Positions 45,494 to 53,384 of a stretch of DNA of 64,000 nt are shown in pieces. Origin of the DNA: Myxococcota bacterium (GTDB taxonomy: Bacteria; Myxococcota_A; SURF-8; G963663525); NCBI GenBank assembly GCA_963676915.2, contig CAXXVK010000054.1:1-64000 (forward strand). The letters are read 5' to 3'. The notes beneath the pieces were generated by a model. It made no database searches, was not told the DNA's origin, and saw only the letters and a list, made by a program, of their open reading frames with translations. Numbering within the stretch: the first letter of the stretch is position 1; every line of letters begins with the position of its first letter. The translations under genes were made by a program, and so were the position numbers.

Positions 45494-47185
45494 ATGAACG
45501 TCTTTCACCGTTCGTTTCCGCTGTACTTGATTTTCGTGATGATCACGGGAATTTTTGCAGCGGTGCCGCTGTCGTCCGTCGAGGCAACGGCATTCAAAGA
45601 TGATCGGATCGTTCTTTTGGGAAATATCGTAGAACCGGACGCAGACCTCTGGCGGGCTATCGGACCGACAGACCATCTCCCGCTCACGCAAGCCACAGCC
45701 AATTACGTGCGTCGCCGATTGCTTTTTTTCTACAAAGGCGCGGGATATTCCCTCGTCGAGATCAGCACGCAAATTCGGCATAACAGGATTTTTCTCGGTA
45801 TCAACGAAGGTCGTTTGGAAAAAATCCTGTTTTTGGGAAAAAGCTATTTCCATACGATGGTTTCCAAGCTGTGGTCGATTTACCTGCCGGGAAATGTGTA
45901 CAACAAGTCGCGTGTGGAAGACATCCTTGCAGAATTGGACGAATTTTATCCCAGCAATACGTTCGAAGCCGTATTGGTTCCGACCAAGGAAACAGAGCAC
46001 GAGGACTGGCAGCTCAGCAGCGCCGATATTCCAGAGGAAATCAACCTGGGGCGCGTAAAATTCATCGATCGGCTGGGTTTTGACCTCTTTTCGAAAATGG
46101 CCCGTTACGACCTGCATATCCAGCCTGTCGGTGGGAAAAAAGTGGGGCATCCCCGACCACATACCCGCATCGGTGGTGAAACGGCGTTGCCGTTCGGATT
46201 GATTCACTATGTTGCATATGGCGGCTCGCCGCTGTTCGAGGATGGCGATGAGTTCCTCGTGGGTTACGAGATGGGGCACAATGTATTGACCAGCATGAAC
46301 ACCGGTGACATGCAATTCCGGCTCGTGCATTTCAAAGTTTTTGGAAACTACGGTACTCGCCGTTATTTCGATATGTTACAGCCGTTTTTCGAGTTGACCC
46401 TCAATTGCGACAACGACCAGCGCCGCGATCTTCCACTCGATAGTTTTTGGGATATGACCGGTACGGCGACGGCCAACCTCGGCTTTTTCCCCTCGGAACA
46501 TCTCAAGCTGTATGTCGGTGGCGGCACGGGGTTTCGGAATCTCTTTTCCATCGATACCGTAAAAAAACGACCTTATCCCAACCAATCGTTTGTAAGAGAG
46601 CGGCATCTGTTTCGTCTCGGTGCGCTGATTGCCTTCGACGAACCCGATATCCTCCGTTCGGACAAGCACGGTTACGTGGATGCGACCTTCGAATCCTGGT
46701 TTGCCGAGCGCGACACCTACCACCGTTTCACAGGGAAAATCAAGAAGTTCTGGGAATTCGGCTATCACGATCTGTTACTCAAAGGCCGGATCATCATGAC
46801 GATGGGCAACGCCGAATACTACGACGAAGTGCAACTGGCCGGTACGTATCTGCGCACCTTTCACGACGGCTGGTTTTTCATTGAGCACGCACAGCAACTT
46901 GGACTGGAATTCCGGTTTTCGTTGCTTCGGGATATCCTCAAAATCAGTGTGATGCATGACGTGAGTGTGTTCGGCAGCATCAAGAGAACAGTAGGCGAAT
47001 GGAACCCCATAACGGGAACATACCCGGTCGATGAACACGCCCACCTGAGCATAGCCAACTCCATGGGGCCGGGCTTGCATTATTTACTCTTCAGCATGTT
47101 TCAATGGGATGGATACGCTACGGTTGGGTGGTCGGAACGAGGGTTTAGCTGGAACTACTGGGTCAATTTCGAAAAAGTGTTTTAA
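45494..47185 (+). CDS. Putative Omp85/TamA-like outer-membrane protein (divergent)
   Basis: Signal peptide; POTRA-like FY..AGY..V.....I...INEGRLEKI.F.G; beta-strand-rich C-terminal half; terminal Phe (NFEKVF). Confidence 0.6.
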   Translation: MNVFHRSFPLYLIFVMITGIFAAVPLSSVEATAFKDDRIVLLGNIVEPDADLWRAIGPTDHLPLTQATANYVRRRLLFFYKGAGYSLVEISTQIRHNRIFLGINEGRLEKILFLGKSYFHTMVSKLWSIYLPGNVYNKSRVEDILAELDEFYPSNTFEAVLVPTKETEHEDWQLSSADIPEEINLGRVKFIDRLGFDLFSKMARYDLHIQPVGGKKVGHPRPHTRIGGETALPFGLIHYVAYGGSPLFEDGDEFLVGYEMGHNVLTSMNTGDMQFRLVHFKVFGNYGTRRYFDMLQPFFELTLNCDNDQRRDLPLDSFWDMTGTATANLGFFPSEHLKLYVGGGTGFRNLFSIDTVKKRPYPNQSFVRERHLFRLGALIAFDEPDILRSDKHGYVDATFESWFAERDTYHRFTGKIKKFWEFGYHDLLLKGRIIMTMGNAEYYDEVQLAGTYLRTFHDGWFFIEHAQQLGLEFRFSLLRDILKISVMHDVSVFGSIKRTVGEWNPITGTYPVDEHAHLSIANSMGPGLHYLLFSMFQWDGYATVGWSERGFSWNYWVNFEKVF

Positions 47186-47210
47186 AGCAGAGTGGGTGAC
47201 TCGAAGGAAC

Positions 47211-47359
47211 GATCGGTGCCATAGTCTCACGACATCCGAAGGATGGCGGGAGGCTGTGTTGAAATGACTCCAAGTTTGTTGCATGTGATTTATTGAATAA
47301 TTGGCCCCCAAAGGCACACAGCCTCCCGAACTCCGTTCGTGAGACTATGGCACACGATC
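47211..47359. repeat. Nested inverted-repeat element (MITE-like or structured RNA)
   Basis: 17-bp perfect IR 47216-47232/47337-47353, 13-bp perfect IR 47247-47259/47316-47328, internal hairpin CATCC-GAA-GGATG. Confidence 0.75.
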
Positions 47360-47557
47360 AAAAGCATTTATACTGGATTCCACAAATAGTATCCTGACGT
47401 CATTTCTTTCGTTTTTTCACCTTGTTCAATCATGTTTCAAGTGGTAAATACCAATCTTTGCTGGAATTGGTGCGAGCCGATTCTTGGAGATGAAACGGTG
47501 TTTCGAAAACGACCTGCTCGGTAGTCGGTACGATCTTGAGGAAAAGGTAGGAAACTG

Positions 47558-48475
47558 ATGTCGAAAATAGCAACGACGGTATTGGACATGATCGGCAATA
47601 CGCCTCTCGTTCACATCGACTGGGCCAATGGCTGTAATGTTTATGCCAAAGCCGAACATCTCAATCCCGGTGGCAGCGTCAAGGATCGTCCCGCCGCCTA
47701 CATGATGAGAAAAGCCATCGAAAAAGGCGAACTGAAACGCGGTATGACCGTAGTGGAAGCGACCAGCGGCAATACGGGAATCGGCATTGCTCTGGCGGCT
47801 CGTCTTTTGGGATTCCCTACCAAAATCGTCATGCCCGAATCGATGAGCGAGGAACGCAAAAAGATTATCAAGGCTCTGGGAGCCGAATTGATTCTTACCC
47901 GTAAGGAAAATTCCATCTCCGGGGCTGTAGAGCGCCTGGACGCGATGATGCGGGAAGACGATTCTTTCTGGCGTGCCAACCAGTTCGAAAACCCGGACAA
48001 TCCCGAAGTCCATTACAGAACCACCGGACCGGAAATCTGGGAGCAGATGGAAGGGAAGGTCGATGTCTTCGTTACCGGTATCGGATCTGGGGGAACCTGC
48101 CAGGGTGTCGGCGGTTTTTTGAAAGAAAAAAATCCGAACCTGCTGGTGGTTGCGGTGGAGCCGGAAGGGCATTCCGCGTTGCTGCAACAAGAACCGGGAC
48201 TGCATACCTTCCACGAAATCCAGGGCATTGGTGACGGTTTCGTCCCCAACGTGCTGGATACCTCGCTCGTGGATGAAGTGATTACCGTATACGACAACGA
48301 AGCGATTCAAATCACTCGCGGATTGGCGCTGTCCCATGGCTTGCTCGTCGGAACCAGCGCGGGCGCGAATATCTTCGGTGCGATTCAGATGATCAAGAAA
48401 CTCGGTCCCAAAGCTCGTGTTGTGACCTTGTTGCCCGACCGCGCCGAACGGTATTTTTCCACGTCACTGCTGTAG
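47558..48475 (+). CDS. cysK: Cysteine synthase (O-acetylserine thiol-lyase)
   Basis: IGNTPLV, KAEHLNPGGSVKDR PLP lysine, EATSGNTG, NQFENP, GIGSGGT, IQGIG. Confidence 0.93.
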   Translation: MSKIATTVLDMIGNTPLVHIDWANGCNVYAKAEHLNPGGSVKDRPAAYMMRKAIEKGELKRGMTVVEATSGNTGIGIALAARLLGFPTKIVMPESMSEERKKIIKALGAELILTRKENSISGAVERLDAMMREDDSFWRANQFENPDNPEVHYRTTGPEIWEQMEGKVDVFVTGIGSGGTCQGVGGFLKEKNPNLLVVAVEPEGHSALLQQEPGLHTFHEIQGIGDGFVPNVLDTSLVDEVITVYDNEAIQITRGLALSHGLLVGTSAGANIFGAIQMIKKLGPKARVVTLLPDRAERYFSTSLL

Positions 48476-48491
48476 CGGTAAATAGGTTTTT

Positions 48492-50342
48492 CTACATGAA
48501 AACCTGCGTGAACCACGGGACGTAGCTCACCAACAGCACGGCGATGGCCCACAATAGGATAAACGGCAGGGCGGCTCGGTAGACCTGTGTCAACGGTTTT
48601 CCGAAGGTATAGGCCGACATGAACAGGTTCATGCCAACCGGAGGCGTCAAAAAGCCGATTTCCAGGTTGACGAGAAAAATGATGCCGATGTGAGTCGGGG
48701 CGATACCATAGGCTTCGGCCATGGGTAGAATCATCGGAACCACCACGATAATGGCGCTGACGATATCCATCAGACATCCGACAACCAGCAACAACAGGTT
48801 GAGCACCAGCAGAAAGACGAATTTGGATTCGATCGTCGTTGTGACCCACTCCACGGCGTCGGCCACGATTTCGGCTTCAATCAGGTAATCGGTGAAACCT
48901 TTGGCCATACCGATGATGATCAGAATGCCTCCGGTCAGGATTGTGCTCTGCACCAGGGCATTCCAAAGACCGCTTTTCCACGAGTAGTCGCGATGGATAA
49001 AGCAGACCGTGATGATGGTATACAGCAAGGTCAGAGCAGCGGCCTCGACAAGGGTGGTCAGTCCTCCGAAAATTCCGCCGAGTACCAATACCGGCAGGAA
49101 AATTTCCCATTTGGCGCGCAGGATTTCCGCTTTGAGATTCTCCCATGAAAGCGAGGTGTTACGGGCTTCGCTACGCCGAGCGGTCCAGACACTGTAAGCT
49201 CCCAGTAACCCGATCAGCAGCAAAGCGGGCAGAAAACCGGCCACGTACATTTTGTCGATCGGCGTTCGTGCGGTTACGGCAAGCAGGATTACCGGAAGGC
49301 AGGGAGGCAGCAGCATTCCTAGCGAACCGGCAGAAGTGACGAGTCCCAGGGAAAAGCGTTCGGGATATTTTTCGTTGAGCAACAGCGGCATCAACAATCC
49401 ACCCAAAGCGAGGATCGTTACCCCGGAAGCTCCCGAAAACGTTGTGAAAAAGGCGAACACAAGCATCGTGGCGATGGCAACGCCACCGGGCAGCCAGCCG
49501 AAAGCCGCCCGAAACAGGTCGGTCAGGCGTCGGGAGGTTTTTCCCAAGGCCATAACGGTTCCTGCCGCTGTAAACAGGGGAATCGCCGGTAAAAACGGAT
49601 CGGTTACGATTTCGTAAGCCGCTGTGGGAATGGCGACCAGGGACGTAATTTCAAGATCTGCTTCTCCCATGGCGTAAAACGACAGCGCCGCCGCCCCGCC
49701 CATCAGGATGAAAATCGGAGCGCCCATCAGTACCGTGGCGACGAGCATAATCATGCCGGGCCAGAAGAGGTCCGGGCGGAAATCGGCGGGAATCAGCGCC
49801 AGGGAAATGACGATTCCGACAACTGCGAGGGTTGCCAGTTTCCAACTCCAGCGGGAGGATGAGCGCGTTGTAAAACGCCAGGCTGCCAAAGCCAGACCCA
49901 ACGGAATGATGCTTTCGGCGATCCAAAGCGGTAGGTAATTGCCGATAGCGGCGGGGTTTTCTCGTTCGATATTAACTAGTTGGAACGAAGCGTAAGCCAG
50001 CACCAGCGAGACGCCCGCCGCCGTTCCATAAGCCAGGACTTTGCGCACGGTGTTCCAGGTAGAGTCCGACGCGCTGGCGAACCCCGTTCCGAATCCCAGG
50101 TGGCGTTCTTCACGAGAAGCCAAAGCGGCCCCGGAAAAAGCGATCCACAGGGTTCCATGCCGTACGAGCGAAACGCTGCCGGGGATGCTGTTTTCGAAGA
50201 CACCACGAAACAGCGCTTCGAGCAGGGGAAGCCCCATCATCAACAACAGGACGACAACCGAAAAGCTCTCTTCCGCGATTCCGGCCCATGTTCGCCACCC
50301 CGGCCCACGGTTAAGGTCGGGCAGGTGCGCTCCGTTTGTCAT
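48492..50342 (-). CDS. TRAP transporter, fused small and large permease (DctQM)
   Basis: N-terminal DctQ-like TMs; AIPLFT.AG; SAGSLGMLLPP; NLEIGFLTPPVGMNLF. Confidence 0.93.
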   Translation of the reverse strand: MTNGAHLPDLNRGPGWRTWAGIAEESFSVVVLLLMMGLPLLEALFRGVFENSIPGSVSLVRHGTLWIAFSGAALASREERHLGFGTGFASASDSTWNTVRKVLAYGTAAGVSLVLAYASFQLVNIERENPAAIGNYLPLWIAESIIPLGLALAAWRFTTRSSSRWSWKLATLAVVGIVISLALIPADFRPDLFWPGMIMLVATVLMGAPIFILMGGAAALSFYAMGEADLEITSLVAIPTAAYEIVTDPFLPAIPLFTAAGTVMALGKTSRRLTDLFRAAFGWLPGGVAIATMLVFAFFTTFSGASGVTILALGGLLMPLLLNEKYPERFSLGLVTSAGSLGMLLPPCLPVILLAVTARTPIDKMYVAGFLPALLLIGLLGAYSVWTARRSEARNTSLSWENLKAEILRAKWEIFLPVLVLGGIFGGLTTLVEAAALTLLYTIITVCFIHRDYSWKSGLWNALVQSTILTGGILIIIGMAKGFTDYLIEAEIVADAVEWVTTTIESKFVFLLVLNLLLLVVGCLMDIVSAIIVVVPMILPMAEAYGIAPTHIGIIFLVNLEIGFLTPPVGMNLFMSAYTFGKPLTQVYRAALPFILLWAIAVLLVSYVPWFTQVFM

Positions 50343-50344
50343 GA

Positions 50345-51403
50345 TTATTCAGCCGCCTTTTTCGCACGTAGGGCGTCTCGGGCTTTGATCGCGATGTCGA
50401 TGGCTTCACCCGGCACCACTTTACCTCGGATGAACTGGTAGCCGTTCAACGATTTTTCTTTGAAAACAGCTTCCTGTTCCGGGGTCGGCTTGTAGATTTG
50501 CAGACCGTATTTTTTCATGGTTTCGATGCTCTGATCGTCCAGGGCACGGATGCGTTCGACTTCGGCGTCACCGTATTTTTTAGCGATTTCCTTCAGTTTC
50601 GGATGTAGATCGGCAGGGATTTTGTCCCAGATTTTCTTCGAAATCACGGTAGCTCCAACGAGGGGAGCGAATTTAAGGTCGTACATGTATTTTGCCTGTC
50701 CGAACCACTGCATCGCCAGTGCTGCCAGCGGCGGGGTGATCAATCCGTCCAGAAGACCCGTTTGCAGCGACGTGGTAATGTCTGCCGAGGCGACCTGCAC
50801 GATGTTGAATCCCGTTTTCTGCCAGGCTTCGATGCTTCCCTGATCTCCAGCGCCGACGAACAATTTTTGCTGGCTCATTTGCTCGAAAGTTTCGATCTTG
50901 GTCATTGTGAAAAAGCGAATCCAGCCCGAATCTCCCTGATGCAGGAAAATGAACCCGTTGTCTTCGAGGCGCTTGGAAACCAGGGGTTCCAGCGCTTTGG
51001 CGCAGGTGTCGAGTTCTTCATAGTTGCGTACGAGGTAGGGAAGTTGCAGTGCCAGAAACGCCGGATCGATTTCACGGATACCGATGCTGGTCATCGTTGC
51101 GGCGTGCAGACGTCCCGTGCGGATTTTTCGAACCATTGCCTGTTCGCTGCCGAGAACGCCTCCGGGATAAATTTTGACTTTGATTTTACCGTTGCTGACT
51201 TTTTCCCATTCCTGTCCCATACGGGCCAGTCCGTTGTACCAAGGGGTATCTTTGGGAGCCAACGTACCGAGTTTAATGACGATTTTTCCTCCGGCTACAG
51301 CCGAAGAGAAGGGGGCGAAGCCGGTAACAATCAAAACAGCGAGAAGCAGAACGATTCCCGCAAGGCTCGTAGGTCGAATCGAATGCGACATGTCATACCT
51401 CAT
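50345..51403 (-). CDS. dctP: TRAP substrate-binding protein (DctP/TatP)
   Basis: Signal peptide; IKLGTLAP..TPW; YPGGVLGSE; SLQTGLLDG. The start may be 51391. Confidence 0.92.
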   Translation of the reverse strand: MRYDMSHSIRPTSLAGIVLLLAVLIVTGFAPFSSAVAGGKIVIKLGTLAPKDTPWYNGLARMGQEWEKVSNGKIKVKIYPGGVLGSEQAMVRKIRTGRLHAATMTSIGIREIDPAFLALQLPYLVRNYEELDTCAKALEPLVSKRLEDNGFIFLHQGDSGWIRFFTMTKIETFEQMSQQKLFVGAGDQGSIEAWQKTGFNIVQVASADITTSLQTGLLDGLITPPLAALAMQWFGQAKYMYDLKFAPLVGATVISKKIWDKIPADLHPKLKEIAKKYGDAEVERIRALDDQSIETMKKYGLQIYKPTPEQEAVFKEKSLNGYQFIRGKVVPGEAIDIAIKARDALRAKKAAE

Positions 51404-52311
51404 TATAGAAACAGATCATCCACTTTCATTTTAAGACGCATGGCCCGTTGTTGCATCAGCGTGTTGACAAGCTTGAATTCCGGGGCTTTTTCTGGATCGA
51501 TGGCCAAAGCCATCTCCAGCAGGGATAAAAACTCGTTGCGGTCCTGCTTGGCGACGCTGATGCTTTCGGCCAGGGCGATATAGGGGGAAGCTTTTTTGCC
51601 ATTGGAGAGTTCCACGGCTCGTCGGAAGTGTTGGCGGGCTTGTTCTTCTCCGCCTCCCTGTTCTTCTGCGGTCATCGCGCAATACGTGATGAAAAATTCG
51701 TGAATCGAGCCTTTTTCGTACGATTCGTTCAATTCCAGCGCACGTTTGAGCATTGATACCGCCGTAGGAAGACTGCCGATGGCGTCGGTGTCGCCACGGT
51801 TCACGTTTGCGTGGGCGGCTAAGGAAAGACCGGTCCAGTACAGCAAGCCGACTTGTTCTTTTTCCATATCGGCTAAGGCGCGATCGAGATCTTTGACGGA
51901 TCGTTCCTCGAAACCGGGTTGGGCGATTTCCAGACCTTGCATTCCGTACCGATAGGCCCGCATGAAAAGTTTCGCCGCGCGTTTTTTCAAACGTAGCGAC
52001 TCGTCGAAATCTTTTTCTTCGATGGCTTCCGCTTTGAGTTGCACGAAAGCATAGGCGTATTGCGTGAAACCGCTGGCCAGAGCCAAATGAATACCTTCGT
52101 GCTCGGGGGCTCCGTCGCGGACGCTTTCCATCACCTTCAACGCGAAGGGTAGGGCTTCGGCAATCAATTCCGGATCGTCGTCCTGGGCGAAGGTCGAGGC
52201 CGGTCCCTCACTCAAGTAATTTGCCGCGAAATGATTGAGTGAGCAGCCGGAAGCCAAGAAAGCAAAAAGCAGGCATCCAAATGTTACGAGATGATAATGT
52301 AGATTACTCAT
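51403..52311 (-). CDS. TRAP-associated TPR lipoprotein TatT
   Basis: Lipobox ASGC; DDPELIAEALPFALK..E; YAYAFV; ARQHFRRAVELS.G; lies upstream of dctP. Confidence 0.85.
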   Translation of the reverse strand: MSNLHYHLVTFGCLLFAFLASGCSLNHFAANYLSEGPASTFAQDDDPELIAEALPFALKVMESVRDGAPEHEGIHLALASGFTQYAYAFVQLKAEAIEEKDFDESLRLKKRAAKLFMRAYRYGMQGLEIAQPGFEERSVKDLDRALADMEKEQVGLLYWTGLSLAAHANVNRGDTDAIGSLPTAVSMLKRALELNESYEKGSIHEFFITYCAMTAEEQGGGEEQARQHFRRAVELSNGKKASPYIALAESISVAKQDRNEFLSLLEMALAIDPEKAPEFKLVNTLMQQRAMRLKMKVDDLFL

Positions 52312-52563
52312 GTGCAAACCCATGGGTTTGAGATGAAGACAGTTGTTCAATGAAACGAGTGTTCACCGAAGCGGACGAATGAAACCTTACGCCCTTCAAA
52401 GCATATTTTTGATCAGGATGCAACGGATTGGATAAAATTGAATGAATCTTAAGCAGAAATTCAAGTGAATTTTGAAAAAGAAACGTATTGCAGGTGTTTC
52501 TGGAATGTAGAATAGCAGTTCAAGATTGTGAAAAATGGGTGGAAGTTGATAAACAACCTCCAT

Positions 52564-52593
52564 AAAACGAACATTTCATAAAATGTTCGTTTT
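52564..52593 (-). terminator. Perfect 13-bp inverted repeat (terminator or operator)
   Basis: AAAACGAACATTT-CATA-AAATGTTCGTTTT, downstream of csp and upstream of tatT. Confidence 0.5.
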
Positions 52594-52704
52594 GCAAACA
52601 ACAACGACAGATCACGCTATCGTACTATCCATGTACGATGGATCTATGCTTCGGTATACAATGACGGATCGTTACCGGTCAGTTCCACATATCAGGAACT
52701 ACTT

Positions 52705-52944
52705 TTAGGAGTCGACTTCCTCTAGTTGGACAGGTCTGTCCATACGTAAGACGTGACGGGCCAGCAAACCCTTCGGACCGCTGACACATTCGAATTCGAC
52801 TTCTTGACCTTCATAAAGGGAACGGAACCCCTTTCCTTCGACAGCGGTATAATGGACGAAAACGTCCTCACCCGAAGCGCGAAGGATAAAACCGTATCCC
52901 TTTACGTCATTGAACCATTTAACTTTGCCCCTCTCGAATGCCAT
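52705..52944 (-). CDS. Cold-shock domain protein
   Basis: [15 protein letters not shown] (RNP1), DVFVHY (RNP2), [14 protein letters not shown]. Confidence 0.96.
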   Translation of the reverse strand: MAFERGKVKWFNDVKGYGFILRASGEDVFVHYTAVEGKGFRSLYEGQEVEFECVSGPKGLLARHVLRMDRPVQLEEVDS

Positions 52945-53384
52945 TCATCTCCCCATAAGCAGATGTTTCCCCATACTCTGCTGTAAAATCCCCGAATGTA
53001 GTTCTTAAACTTCATAGTACGTCACCAAAATACGTCACTAGACAAATTATGGCATAGATTGACAAAAAATTCAAAAAGTTATTTGTATCGGTTCTTTAGG
53101 TTGTTTTTCGATGTGTTTTCAAGGAGTTCGGCGACAGAATTGGACAAGATCGAAGAAACCGTTTTATAACATCGGCGCAGGGGAGGAGAATTTTACAGTC
53201 GGTTATCTATTGTATTGTCATTTTTAGGAAAATACCATATTTAAAATTTGCCAAGGCATGGCATTTACCAAAGATCGAATTTAAATCGCTAGAAACGTCT
53301 CATTTTTGCAGAAGCAAAAATGAGACGTTTTCTGACAAAACGTGGCAGATTTTCAAGGGCCAAAGATAAGCTGTTGACGCCTTT

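Noticed and set aside
47211-47359. 6S RNA or retron msr-msd identity for the nested IR
   Set aside because: Shorter and more perfectly paired than typical 6S RNA, lacks its usual gene context, and there is no reverse transcriptase in the window
34289-53025. Identical 12-mer ATAGTACGTCAC before tRNA-Ser (34289) and near csp (53014)
   Set aside because: Many 12-mer matches are expected by chance in 64 kb, and the orientation relative to the genes differs
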